A model generated the notes under the pieces. The model worked only from the letters and a program-made list of their open reading frames with translations. It searched no databases and had not been told where the DNA came from. From assembly GCA_016788865.1 (NCBI GenBank), contig JAEUSB010000009.1, forward strand, positions 1 through 64,000: DNA of 64,000 nt, given 5' to 3'. Shown here one piece after another: positions 26,893 through 39,200 of the stretch (position 1 is its first letter; the number at the start of each line of letters is the position of its first letter). Position numbers and translations under genes: made by a program. The DNA comes from Leptospirales bacterium (lineage in GTDB: Bacteria > Spirochaetota > Leptospiria > Leptospirales > Leptonemataceae).

Positions 26893-29800
26893 AAATCAGA
26901 ATTCTATCCAGAAAGACACCTGTCATTCAGAGGTCTTTCCGGCTGCGTTTGCTTTCTGCGGTCATGAGCGTTGTGATGTTGAACGCGGCGCTCCTTCCCG
27001 GAGCACTGATTGCGCGGCCATATGCGAGCTTTGATGAGAAATCCAAAAAGAACATGGAGCAGTACGTTGAACGCGGCTCCAGGCTAAACGACGAAAACAG
27101 CTGGAATAACTATCTGAACCTGGGCGCTGCAACCGAAGAGGCGCGCTGGGAGATGGACGAATTCGAAGAGTTATCGCGTCAGCTGGACGTCATTGATAAA
27201 TCAGATAGTTCAAAAGCCCAAAAAGAAGCCGATAAGGCTGCGGCGGAACTGGCTTTCGACAATGCAAGGTTGGAGTGGGAAGCAGACGCGGATCAGTTCA
27301 TATTCAGCGAGCGGGGAGAGTTCAAAGCGCAGAAGGCGGCGCTCGATACGGTTGGCATAACAGATCAAGAATACGAAGCAATGATTGCACAGGCCGATGC
27401 CGCGGTTTCGAGTTATGCGGAGCTCACGCTCGACGTCTGGGAGAATGCCGTTGCCTCAGTTCACACTGGACTGGCTGCAGCTTTTGAAACTGAGCTGGGG
27501 CAAAAGGTAGCGGCGGCGCGAACTGCGAATCTCGCACTTACGGGTGCTGAGCTTGCGGCGTTTGATGCAGCTCTCACCAAACGAGAAGAAACCATTCGTC
27601 AGGAGTTCCTGATACGCGATCAATTCTTCCTGATCAAGGCAAAGAATCGCTATGTGGCCGTTATGCGCACAGACGATGTGAGCGGCAAATATCTGGCAGA
27701 TCAAACGAGCGCAAACGCAATCGGACAGGTTGTCTTAAATCAGACGCTCGAGCAACTTGAGGCGAATACAGAAAGTGCACTCACGCAGGCAAAAGAAGAC
27801 CTTAAACAACTGGAAAGCGGACCGAGCGCTTCGCAAAGCGATCTAACGGGCGTCTGGGCTTCAAAAATGGAGGCCGTGATTCAAACAGGTCTTGTGCGCT
27901 GGCAGCAGGCGGAAGAAGAACTGTACCGCGAGCGACTCCTCTGGACGGAGCAGACAAAACGATCTCGCGCGGAAGCGGAAACAATCTGGAAGGCAAACCA
28001 CGAGAAGCTCAAGGCTGCGCGGGAACTCTGGCTAAAAAACGTAACGGATAAGATCAAAGAGGGCCGCAAGGAATGGGACGATAAATACACCGAGTTTCAA
28101 AACAGTCGCACACTTGCAGAGCAGCAGCTGGCGCAGTTCATAACCGAAGAGCAGGGCCGACGCGACGCAGGGCTCGCATCGCTGGGCAACATGGTCCGGG
28201 GTGGGGGAGCAGCGCTTCTTGAGGCCAAGGATAGCTACAGATATTATCAATCCCTTGTAGAAAACATGGCATTTGCGCCGAGCCAGTGTCCCACGGGCTC
28301 AACCAATCAGGACCTGCAACTGTATTGCTTTTACGTGAAGCAGCGCGATATGATGGGAACGTCGATTAGCCAGTTTCAACAAATTCTGGCTTCCGCAGAG
28401 GCAAACCTCGACGCGAACATGAATTCAAATTCCGGCAGCACCGGACTCCTGAAAGACAAGCGCATTTTCGCGGGAGCGATTGCGGGTGAGATTGCAGCGC
28501 TGAGCACGAGCGGTTTCCGGAGTTCGCTTGAGTCGCTGGCCAGCCTTAAACAGGAGGATTTCCTCCTCTACAGAAGCGATCTGCGAAGCATGACCGATCG
28601 CAATGAGTTGTTTGTGCAGCGCACGGAGGAGCTGGCCGGGCAGCAGTTTGATTTCAACGCGGCTGCATCGATTGACGCACTGCGCGATATGGTGCTTGGA
28701 TTTGATTCCAAATTCAGCGATCAAAAGGTTGAGCTCATTCGAATCATCAATCAGGACAGAGGTTCGATTGACGATACGGCAAAACTGGCCGCGATCAAGA
28801 CAGATATTGCCGCGTGGTTTACGACTTCGCAGGATGAAGATGCAAGGCTCAAGCGCGAGGTAACAAAGTATTTTAACGATGGTCTGTCCGGATACTATCT
28901 CTCCGGCGAAGACAATGATCCGTACTTGATGACGCGCGCTGAATACGAATGGGAATTGCTGCGGCGTGAGCGCAATACGCTATCCGATCGTTTTAAACGA
29001 GCGGAGGCTGTGAAACGTTATGCTGACCTGGCAACCAAAAACCAGGCAGGGCTTGAAATCGCTTCAATTACGAACGAACGCGCGCAGATCTCAAAAGTTA
29101 GAACCGATTTGCGCGAAGTAAGCTATCTGATCCTTAAGGGCGATATTGCAATCGATCCGGCGGCTATTTCCAATAATGCAGTTCGCGATTCAGAATTCGC
29201 CCGCGTACTGGGCGAACGCGGGATTGACATTTTTCTGATCCTGGGGCGCCAGCTGCTTCTTTCAGAAGAGCAGGGAATCTTAAACGACATGGGCGGGCTG
29301 AGCAATCCGTCGCAGGCCGATCTGGCTGCCATCCGCGCGCGAATGGATCAGTATCTCAGCAAGATACCAGAAAGCGAACGGGCCTCGCATCGTTTGAGTG
29401 CGCTCAGAACAAAGCTGCAGGAACAAGAGAATTCGATGACGTCGGGTGATCCGGCCACGGTTGCGAATCGTTGGACGGTTCTGAGGAATGCAGCGCAGGT
29501 TCTGGCAGGTGAGGTGACGGCCCTCGCCGCCGACTACGATTTTACAGGCTTTCAAACGGAAGTGGATCAGATCCGGGGTCAGTTTGCACAGCGCAGTGTA
29601 GTTTCGCTGAGCGGTGATTTGACGCTCATTCGCGCGCAGATTGAGGCAAATGCAGCGCTCCTTCAAACGGCCAGGCAAGAACTTGAGCTTGCAAAGAAGG
29701 AATACCGGGATGCGCGGATTGATTTTGATATTCTCCGTTCCGGCAATGCGGAAGAACTCATTCGAATTGATATACTAAATACAACAACCCAGCTGTCGCA

Positions 29801-30134
29801 GACGTTAAACGGCATGTCAAAGGTCCAGAACATCCCTGGCTTTGACAACATGTTTGCTGATATCGTAAAACAGCAGCAACTGGCCTACGCAAATGAAGTG
29901 GCACAAAACGAAATTGCAAGGCGGGATCAGGACTTTACCCGGAAAGCAATTTCTGCCGTGACGGCAATGGGTGCGGCCAGGGAAAGAAGTGTCAAGCTTG
30001 AGGCCGTGCTTTCTGCGGGCAATGTGCCTGCATTGACGAGCCTTGCGCGGGCAGATCTATTTATCAGCAAGCGCGCGGAACTTGTAAACGAAGGGGCCAC
30101 AGATACGCCGGAAAGCGCAGTCATTCCATTGTAG
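26889..30134 (+). CDS. 1081-aa signal-anchored coiled-coil protein (unknown function)
   Basis: N-terminal hydrophobic segment LLSAVMSVVMLNAALLPGALIA. The rest is rich in A, E, L, Q and R with heptad-like periodicity. No enzymatic motifs and no Walker A motif were found. Confidence 0.8.
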   Translation: MKIRILSRKTPVIQRSFRLRLLSAVMSVVMLNAALLPGALIARPYASFDEKSKKNMEQYVERGSRLNDENSWNNYLNLGAATEEARWEMDEFEELSRQLDVIDKSDSSKAQKEADKAAAELAFDNARLEWEADADQFIFSERGEFKAQKAALDTVGITDQEYEAMIAQADAAVSSYAELTLDVWENAVASVHTGLAAAFETELGQKVAAARTANLALTGAELAAFDAALTKREETIRQEFLIRDQFFLIKAKNRYVAVMRTDDVSGKYLADQTSANAIGQVVLNQTLEQLEANTESALTQAKEDLKQLESGPSASQSDLTGVWASKMEAVIQTGLVRWQQAEEELYRERLLWTEQTKRSRAEAETIWKANHEKLKAARELWLKNVTDKIKEGRKEWDDKYTEFQNSRTLAEQQLAQFITEEQGRRDAGLASLGNMVRGGGAALLEAKDSYRYYQSLVENMAFAPSQCPTGSTNQDLQLYCFYVKQRDMMGTSISQFQQILASAEANLDANMNSNSGSTGLLKDKRIFAGAIAGEIAALSTSGFRSSLESLASLKQEDFLLYRSDLRSMTDRNELFVQRTEELAGQQFDFNAAASIDALRDMVLGFDSKFSDQKVELIRIINQDRGSIDDTAKLAAIKTDIAAWFTTSQDEDARLKREVTKYFNDGLSGYYLSGEDNDPYLMTRAEYEWELLRRERNTLSDRFKRAEAVKRYADLATKNQAGLEIASITNERAQISKVRTDLREVSYLILKGDIAIDPAAISNNAVRDSEFARVLGERGIDIFLILGRQLLLSEEQGILNDMGGLSNPSQADLAAIRARMDQYLSKIPESERASHRLSALRTKLQEQENSMTSGDPATVANRWTVLRNAAQVLAGEVTALAADYDFTGFQTEVDQIRGQFAQRSVVSLSGDLTLIRAQIEANAALLQTARQELELAKKEYRDARIDFDILRSGNAEELIRIDILNTTTQLSQTLNGMSKVQNIPGFDNMFADIVKQQQLAYANEVAQNEIARRDQDFTRKAISAVTAMGAARERSVKLEAVLSAGNVPALTSLARADLFISKRAELVNEGATDTPESAVIPL

Positions 30135-30232
30135 TTCAGCTGTTTGACTCGCTGAATCAACTCAAAACCCTGCATGCAACCAGAGAGGCGGCGATTGCAG
30201 GCGTCACAACCGAGACTCCGGAAGAAATCGAA

Positions 30233-33200
30233 GTGATGAAAGCCGGGCTATCGGACGTGAGGATTGCAATTGATAGAACCATTGAACAGATTGTAGCTGC
30301 AATCCGCGGCGAAGCAAAGGCCAGAACGGCCGGGGTGCATCAGATCCTGGAAGATGGCGTTGTGGATAAGAAAGCGCTGGCATCGAGCCTGGATCAGGAT
30401 GCAAAGAATCTGCAGACCAGGGCCACAACACTCGGCACAGATACGTCAGACGATCTGACGGATTTTCTAACGCTCAATCGCGGGAAGACGTTCCTGGAAC
30501 TCATGACCTTGATCAACGGTCAGGTGAATGCAGCCCAGAGTCTGGACCTGAGCGACGATGGCTATGGACTTGCAACGGCCGCAAATCCCCAGCTTGCAAA
30601 GCTCAGCATGATCCGGCAGTGGATTCAGTCGCATAAGACGGTAATCGATACGGCCAACCACGTTCCGATCCCGGCGGACACAGACCAGACGACGGTGGTT
30701 GCAAAATGGGATGCACTCCTCTTAACTCTTACGCCTTCCACTGTGAGCGCGCAAACTGCGTCGTATAGCCTGTCGCGCGATACGATTGGACTGACAATGC
30801 AACAACTGGCACTTTCGATTGGGCAGTCTGCTGCAGCCGTGGACACAAATCGAATGGCAGCGCGCGATCAGGTCAAAAGCATAATCGGGTTTTATAAGAC
30901 AGATGCAAACGGACGCGTTCTCAAAGATGCAGCGGGTAAACCGCTTGTTGCGCAAGAATTTGTGGATCTTGGAATCACAGATCCAGATGCAGATCTGCTT
31001 ACAACTCTTGCGGGCAAGCAGAGCGGTGTGAATCTGCAGCGCTGGAGCGAGCGGATTCTTGTGTACCTTTCGCAGCAGCAGAATCAGTCGGGCGTGGATC
31101 CGGCCGTGCTTGCAGGCGCACAGAATCTGGAGAAGGCACTGCGCGATTTGATTACAGCGCGCACCTATATTGAAAACAGAAACAAGACGGCCGCAGACAT
31201 GAAGGCCACGTCCAAACTGGACACGGAGAAATTCGGTGCGCTCACGGCCAAGGCCGGAATCTTTGCGCGCTTTGAATCGACTCTGGCAAGTGCTACGCGC
31301 CAGGCGCGCGATCAGGGAAATGATCCGGTAGATGCGGCACTGTCCGTGCTTGAGTCTGTCGATGCGCTGATCATGTTCAAGATGTTTCTGGGATTTGATG
31401 CTGCGGGAAAGGCTGATGGCTACGCCGATCCTGACATGCAGAAACGCGCAGATGAGCTGAAGAATCTGGCGAACGAGCTGCGTCGCACGCGCGAGATGCG
31501 CACTGTGACCGCTGTCTCTGATCTGTATGCAAGCATGCTCGACGACTACCTCCTTGCAAAGGAGACCGATCCGTCCGCTGTTGCGCCTGACGTGAACGTT
31601 TTTTTAACGGGACAGGGAGTTGTAAAAACAAACGATGCTGTCACGGCGATTACAGCCCTTGCAGACGCTGACTTTGATGCAAAGATTCGCGAGTGGATCA
31701 CGAATGCTCCTGCGAATGCGTTTTTGTCGCGCGGTCGCGTAATTGAAATTCTAAGCAGCAGCACAAGCACAGGTGCTGCACTGAAAGCGGAAATTCTGGC
31801 GGGCCTTGGCGTCTACACCACGGAACTGAGCGATCAGATGACTGTCCTTACAGGACAGCTTACGACTACGGCTGGACTGGATCGCACAACTGAGAAGGCG
31901 ATTGCAGATCTGCTCACGAAACACATTGCCAAGATGAACACGGCAGATCCGCCGGCGGATGCACTGGCCGTGGATCTAAGATCGCTACTGGCAACGGGTG
32001 TGGCAGCGCTCGATGCAATCATTGATGCAGAGGGGCATGCAAGTGCAACGGGTGCAGAGCGCGATGCACTGCGCGAAAACCTGCGAAAAGCAATGCTTGC
32101 AAATTACATTGCTGAGAACCAGGCGAGCTCGCCTGCGGCTGTGATTCAGCTCTTGCGTTCCGAAGCTGTGCGAAATCAGATCTATCCGGATGCAGCGGCG
32201 AAAGCGGGTCTGAATGAGTTTGTTAAAACAGAAAGCGGAAACTTGAATGTGATTGAGGGCCAGTTCTTTGCGGAGCTGGATAAATCGTCCAGCGCGCTTG
32301 CAGTTGCAGCCAAGAACGATCGAGGCAAGATGCTGGAAGCTCTGATTGCGCGCAAGCAGGGCCAGACAACAACGTATTACGATAGTCTTTCCCCGGCGCT
32401 AAAAGCGGAAATCGATTCCCTGAGCACTCGATTCTTTGCAGGGCTCGATACAGCGCAATCAACGGGGCTGATTGCAAAGAGTGGCGACTATTCCAGGATG
32501 TTTGACCTGCGCAGCGGCCAGGAACTGGTCACAAGCGGGATATTTGAGGGACTGGAAAGTTCGCTCTTTGCTGAAATTGAAAAGAGCGGCAATAAGACGT
32601 TAATCGATCAGGCTCGAAATAACAGAAATGCCCTGCTGCGGGCGATGATTGAACAAATGCAGGGTTCTCTCTCGGCTGAGAGCGCCACACTGTTTGGTTT
32701 GATTGGTGGTTCTGCGGTTGCGGTAACGCAGGCAATTGCCAGCATGAATCCAAATCTGAAGAATGTAACCCTTCAGGAATCAGTACTTGTGAATCGTGTA
32801 TTGACTCAATTCATGGAGGACGATGCACTGCGCGGCGATATTGAATCCATCCTGAATGATCCAGGACTCTTTGTGGGTAACTTCGCGAAGTCCCTGAGGC
32901 GCGATCCGCAGAAGAAACTGGGCGCTATATTTCAGAAGGGAACGGCGCTTGCAGATTCAATCTTAACAAACGGCGAGACCCACATCCGCGATATAAGCGG
33001 CATCATGCAGAACTACGGGCGGAAGCTTGAAGCTGCAGCAGCCCTAAAGGAGTTTGCAGAGCGCCGTGGCGACGATCCGCTTACGAGCAGATTCTCGAAC
33101 TACAGAACGCACATAGGTGCGGAACGCAACTACCAGATGGCCGCGTATAAACAGTATCTACGCGGAATGGGAATCAATCCTGATACGGCCGATCCAAACA

Positions 33201-36200
33201 ATCCCGGTGGCGGTGCAATGACCTTCACGCAGATGCAGGGCGGATTGCTCCTGGAGGCAGAATCGCTCAATCTGGACCCAACTACGATATTCAGCGACCC
33301 AGACTGGGAATCAAAGCTGATCAGCGATGATCCAACCCAGTTTGATTCTGTGCAGGTGGATCCAAACGATCCAACGACTACGATTCAAATCAAGCATGTG
33401 GGATCGATCTCTGATCCAGCATCCCGTCAGGGACTGGCAGCCGCAGACGAACTTGCGCGAACCTATCAAGAGAACCTGGCAAATAACTACCTGGAAGCTG
33501 TAACCAGACTGAATGCTGCATTCAACACAGTATTTGAGGCTGCAAAGATTTCTGATACAATGCACACAACGAGTGCACTTGCCACTCTGAAGACGAAGAT
33601 TGGTACATTTGACGCAGAAACATCTGCCGATCTAACCGATTTCACAAGTGCGTTGCAAGAGGCTAATGGACGCGTTGCAAACCACGGGGAAACACAGGTT
33701 CAGGGCAAAAAGCAGGCCATTGCCCAGAGCCAATCAGAATTCAATAAGTCTGCGGATGAATTTGCCGACGCTGCCCGCCGCAACCAGATCCGTACGATGA
33801 ATCTGCTGAGCCAAATCCAGGGCGTGTATGCCGCGATTGCGGATCAGTTTGAAGTGAAGAAGAATGCAGTAGCCGCCCTTTCAGACATTGCAACCAATCT
33901 GGAAGCGCAATTTGGAGCCGCCAATCAAACATACGTGGATGCATTGAATGAAATGGCAGACCGCTTCCGAAAAGTGGAAGGGTCGCGGAATGAGTATGAT
34001 ACAAGACTGGCCGTCAAAGAATACGCTGAGACGCCGTATCTGTACAGCGCAAGTGGCGATGAAGTAGCAGACCTGAACGCATACGCAACAGGTGCACAGG
34101 AAGAGTATGACAGGGCTGCCCAGGTGCTGGCTCTGGCAAATGAGAATCTGGCAAATGCAGGATATCAGGTACAGATTCAGGATAACCTTGCGGGATTCAA
34201 TGACGTGGCTGTGGGAATGGCAAATAACGTAACGTACGCGCCACTTTCTGCTGCGGAACGCGATCAATTATTGAATCTGAGGGATAAGAAGATTGTCCAG
34301 AAACAGACTCTGACCGCTCAGGAAGAACTGGACCTCAAAGCCCTAACAGACCGCGAAACCTATGAAATATATGGAACTCTGATCACTCTACGAGCTGAGG
34401 ACATCAAGCAAACCATGCGCGAAGTCCGCTTACGCAAAGCCAGCGAACTTGTGAACGGAGAGATCAATCGTTTAACGGGGATAGTAGAGGAGAAGAAGAA
34501 GAAATTTGAGACGGCACTGACGAACAACTTTGGCGGTGCAGATACAGATGAAATCAAAACCGCGCGAAATGCAGCGTATCAGCGGCTTGCGTCTCAGGTG
34601 GAAGCAGGAGCGGGAGATTTTTATAACGAGTTCCGCGGTTGGTTCTGGGGAAGTACAAACTGGATAGGGCAACTGGGTTCTAGCGCATTCAGCACGGCGA
34701 TTTCCGGTGGAAGTCAGATGCAAATCACACCAACACAGATGATGGAAGCCGCTGTTGGAATGGGGAGTGCGAACAGTGTATCTGCTGGAGATCAACAGGC
34801 TATTGCGAAGTGGTTGGGAAGTGGGCATTCAGTTGCGGAGTTCTCAGGATTTCAGGGTGTATACTTTGGCCTTCTCATGTCCATGATGAACCGCGACGTG
34901 ATGTACATCAAGAATGTGATCACAATGGGAATTATGATTCCGCTTATGAGTGCGGGATACGCACAAGTTGCGTATGCGAACTATATGGTGCAGGCAGCGG
35001 GTCCATTTGCGGCGTATGCTGCCATTGCGGCTGCGGGTATAAGGGCCGCGGGAATGGCTCAGATTGCCTACGGGCAGACGCAGATTGCTCTGTCTAATGC
35101 ACAATACCTGATGTCTAATATTATGATGTTTGGAATGCAGGTGGCATCCGTGCAATCGGCAGGAACGGGAAGCACACAGGCTGTATTGGCGAAACAGAGG
35201 GAATACGAAGCAGCACAGGCACAATTGAACTATTTCACAAAGGTGCCTGACGTTCAAACGATGAAGCAAAGGTTGATTCAATACGGTGCGCAACATGGAG
35301 ATTCCGAATCCGCGAATGCTTTGTACAGCCTTACAGACGAGGATTTGAAATACCTGTTTGATAATTCGTCCGGATTCAAGGATTCAAGCGGAAATGCGCA
35401 AACACTGAGCACTCAGGAAGAACAGGATGCCCTGGAAGTAACGACGGCCAAAGATCAGGCCACATTTGTGGATTCATACGGGAGAAGATACGATCCAACG
35501 ACCCTTGTGTACTCACCTCCAGGACCTCTGGATGGCGGTGTTTACAAGACAGGCTCCGGCGATTATACCCGAGTCCAGACAGCGACGCATAACGGTAGCA
35601 TGGTTTGGGGCTATGCGAAGATTGTGGGTGCCACGAATACCTACGCCGTGTACAACATGGGGCACATACTGGACATGCTGGTAGACCACGGACAGGATTT
35701 GAGAGATCAAGCCAGAGATGCCTATATTGCAGAGGGAAACAACGTTGCAACGCAGACAGACGACATGGCTTTTATCCTGGCCGAAAGAGACCAGACATTC
35801 GACGATCTATTCAACCAGGCCGCAGGTCGAGTGAACGGAGGACGCGAATTCTCCGGATACACAATGGTGTATGAGGAATACGGGCAAAACCAGCGCGATA
35901 TCTATGCGATGGAGCTTCAGCAGAAGGCGGCAATCCAGCAGAAGGAATGGGATTTGCGGGAGGCACAATTCCTGGCCAAAAGAGATGCATGGGACAAGAA
36001 GATGGCAGTCATCCTTGACCGCGGAAGAAAGGCGTGGGCATCGTCAGAGGATCAATTCCTCCAGAAGTGGAGAGACTGGGAGAAGCAATTTGATAAAGAC
36101 GCTGCGGCTGGAAAAGCTGAGTGGGACAAGAAGATTGCCCAGCATTTTACGGACAAGAAGAAATGGGAAGCAGACATCAGGCATAACGCAAGTGTTGCAA

Positions 36201-39200
36201 CGATCCAGAACACGCTGAGTAAGGCTATAGATGATCTGAATTCACAGATCCGAACCGCCCGAGAGAATATTCATGCAAATATTCCAGAGCTGAATACCAC
36301 TGCGATGGTTCAGGAAGCAATTGCTGATCTGAAGCGGAAAGAACCAACGTTAAGCGAGAAGTTCAAAGAGATAAACGCCAATATTGACAATTTCAATACA
36401 CGCCTTGCAATCTCCGAGATTACTGGCTCAACGACCATGGTCTCTTCCGCAATCACATCTGCGTATAAGAGCCAGATGGAAACGCATGAGAAGGGAATGA
36501 AGGTACTGGCAAATGTTCAAATATTTGAGCAGTACAGGCGTATTGTAGACGAGTTCAAGGTTGGAATTGAGAATCAGAATGTAGCTATTGAAAACCAAAC
36601 GAATGCAGCGGCTTTAGGGCAGGGCTTTACGAAGCTTGGCAGCACATTCATCAAGAAGGGTGCAATCTCCAGTGCCTGGGGTGCTGTGAACGCGTATTCA
36701 TGGTTTGATTCAGATTCAGCCATCCAGAGCGGTCTTCAAGAATCAGGCTTCACAAGTTTAACAGGCAATGCACTCACAAACTACCTGGAAACAAAAGATC
36801 AGGTGGAAGTGGATGCGTTCTTCTACACACAGAAGCTAGCGGTACAGACGGTATTTGAGAAGATCATGGGCAAGGGTACTGAGGCTGAACGGAAAGGCTC
36901 CCAGGATGAAAGGGTAATTGGGAAATTTGCCAAGTGGGCAGGGAAAGGACCGGGTTCTGAGGAACAGAGCACGATCCAGGGGCTAAATGACGCGGCGAAG
37001 AGTCACGGCGTGGAACTCAAGGCGCAAGAAAGTCAGCTGCTGAGTGCGGTGGGCGGTTTTGGTGAACTTGGAGAGTTTGGAACACGACCCGGTGGCGCTC
37101 CAATGGGCTTTTATCTGCAAATGCAGCTGATGGGAGCGAGTGTTAGCCAGGGCGATGCAAGCAAACTGGCGGGTATGGGAGGGGTGGATCCTCTCACGAC
37201 GATGATCAATCAGTACAACCCAATGGCCATGATGGCCAACAGTACGCTTAACGTTAAGATCGCTGCGGCCACATTGGGCAAGGACGAAGGCTACATGTGG
37301 GAAGCGCAGGCGATTAACCTCCTGAAAATGCCAATCACAATGGCAGGTTCTGCGTTCATGACGGCAGGCGTTGCGGCGATGGTGACCGGAATTGGCTTTG
37401 TGGGCGGGGCGATCATGGCAGCCGGGGGCATGGCTCTATCTGCTCTGGGCAATTCCATTTCAGTGAACCCCACGACGGGTGAGCGGATTACAAAAATGAC
37501 CGATCAGGCTGCGATGAATACGGGAATTGCCACGGTTACGTCCTTCCTTGGTGGGGCCGCACAAGGGTTCAAGGCGCTTGAAGGAGTGGCCAAGACAGCC
37601 GAGGCTGCCAAAGGGTTCGCGCAGAGTGCACAGATGGCACAGAGCGTTGCTGTGGCGGCAGGTATTGTTGGAACAGCGGCCACCGCAGGAACCAGATTCG
37701 ATGCAAACGGAAACAGGCAGGGATGGAGCGCAACGTCGCATAACGGAGACTTGCATGGCGAGAAGCTGTTGCTGGCGACAGGTGTCAGTGCTGCAACGGC
37801 AGCCGCAGGCGGAGCATTCGCGAAGGACCTGTCAGGGACAGCTACGAACGCAAATCTGGCGATGCTGGAAGGATTCAAGCAGTCGCTACGCAGCGATTTC
37901 ATAGGAACGGCGATTAACGTTACAGCACAGTATGGAGCAAAACAGGCATGGGGTGCTGAGCATTCAAGCTATGATGCGATGGCGCACGCGGACTTGAGCA
38001 GAATCGGGGGATTGGCCATGGGCGCGTATCTGGCCGGGAAAGATTCCCAGGACCGGTACCAACAGACAGAGTATCTCAAAGGAGTCTATGCGGACGCAGT
38101 AAAGCAGGGCAATACTGCAAAGGCTGCCGAAGCGTACAAAGCACTGGTTGCGATGGGAGTTCTGAGAAGCCGTGAGGAAGAGCAGCAGGAGATGATGAAG
38201 AAGGATCTTCCTGTGACAGGAAGTGACCTTGCGAAGTTGTTACGGGCTGCGTTCAACGCCGACGGAAGACTGGGCAATCCGAACGATCCGAAATCGTGGG
38301 AAGCAGGCGAGAAGATCACAACGGCATTGACCGCTGACGTAGAGGCACTTACGGCAGCTAAAGGCGGCAAGCTAACAATAGCGGACGCATTTGCGATTGC
38401 CGACGCGCATGGAATTGGCCCGAGTATATTATTCACCGGAGCGAATGCTGCGGAAGCACAGCGATTGTTTGGCCAGAACTGGAGCGGGGCGTATAAAGAG
38501 CTGTTTGGGGCGCAAGGATATGGGCTGCAGCAGATTAACAACGAAAGGACCGTTGGGTATACTTCAATGGATCCGCGCACTCCTGATAACGGAGGAGTCT
38601 ACAACGATCCCTGGGGACCGGGATTCAACATGAGTCATGCGAGTGGGGCGAATGTGTTTACAGACACTAACGGAAAGATACTGGACGTATCCGATCCGGA
38701 GGCACTTGCGCAATGGGAGGCGCAGCAACAGGCGATGCGGGAATTCCGGGATCATGTTCAAGCGATCCGCAATCAGGGAATGGACGTACTTGCGCAGGGA
38801 AACAGTGGAGCACACTGGTATATGGAGGCCATGGGCCCCGGTGGGGCCAATTACGGTGAGTATTATGAGCTGGGCTTTGGGGTTGGAAAGATGGGAGGCA
38901 TTGACTGGTCTGCGCGAGGGCTGGTAGGAAACTATGTTAAAATGTCTGGGCTGTTTTCTGGGATTGGTCCCATTGCGGATTGGCTGGCAAGTACGATGGA
39001 CAGCCTTACCGGGGTAAGGACGGCGCAGGAGAAACAACAGGCCAATCTTCAAACGCTCATTGATCAGGCCGGCGGTGACCCTTACAAGCTTGCCGGGCTA
39101 CTGAGTGGCTTCGAGGCTGGCGACGCAGGTGGTCAAGGCGCAGTAATGGTAGCGGATATACTTGGAGGCCTCATGGCTGGGGGTGGCTTTGGTCTAGTGA

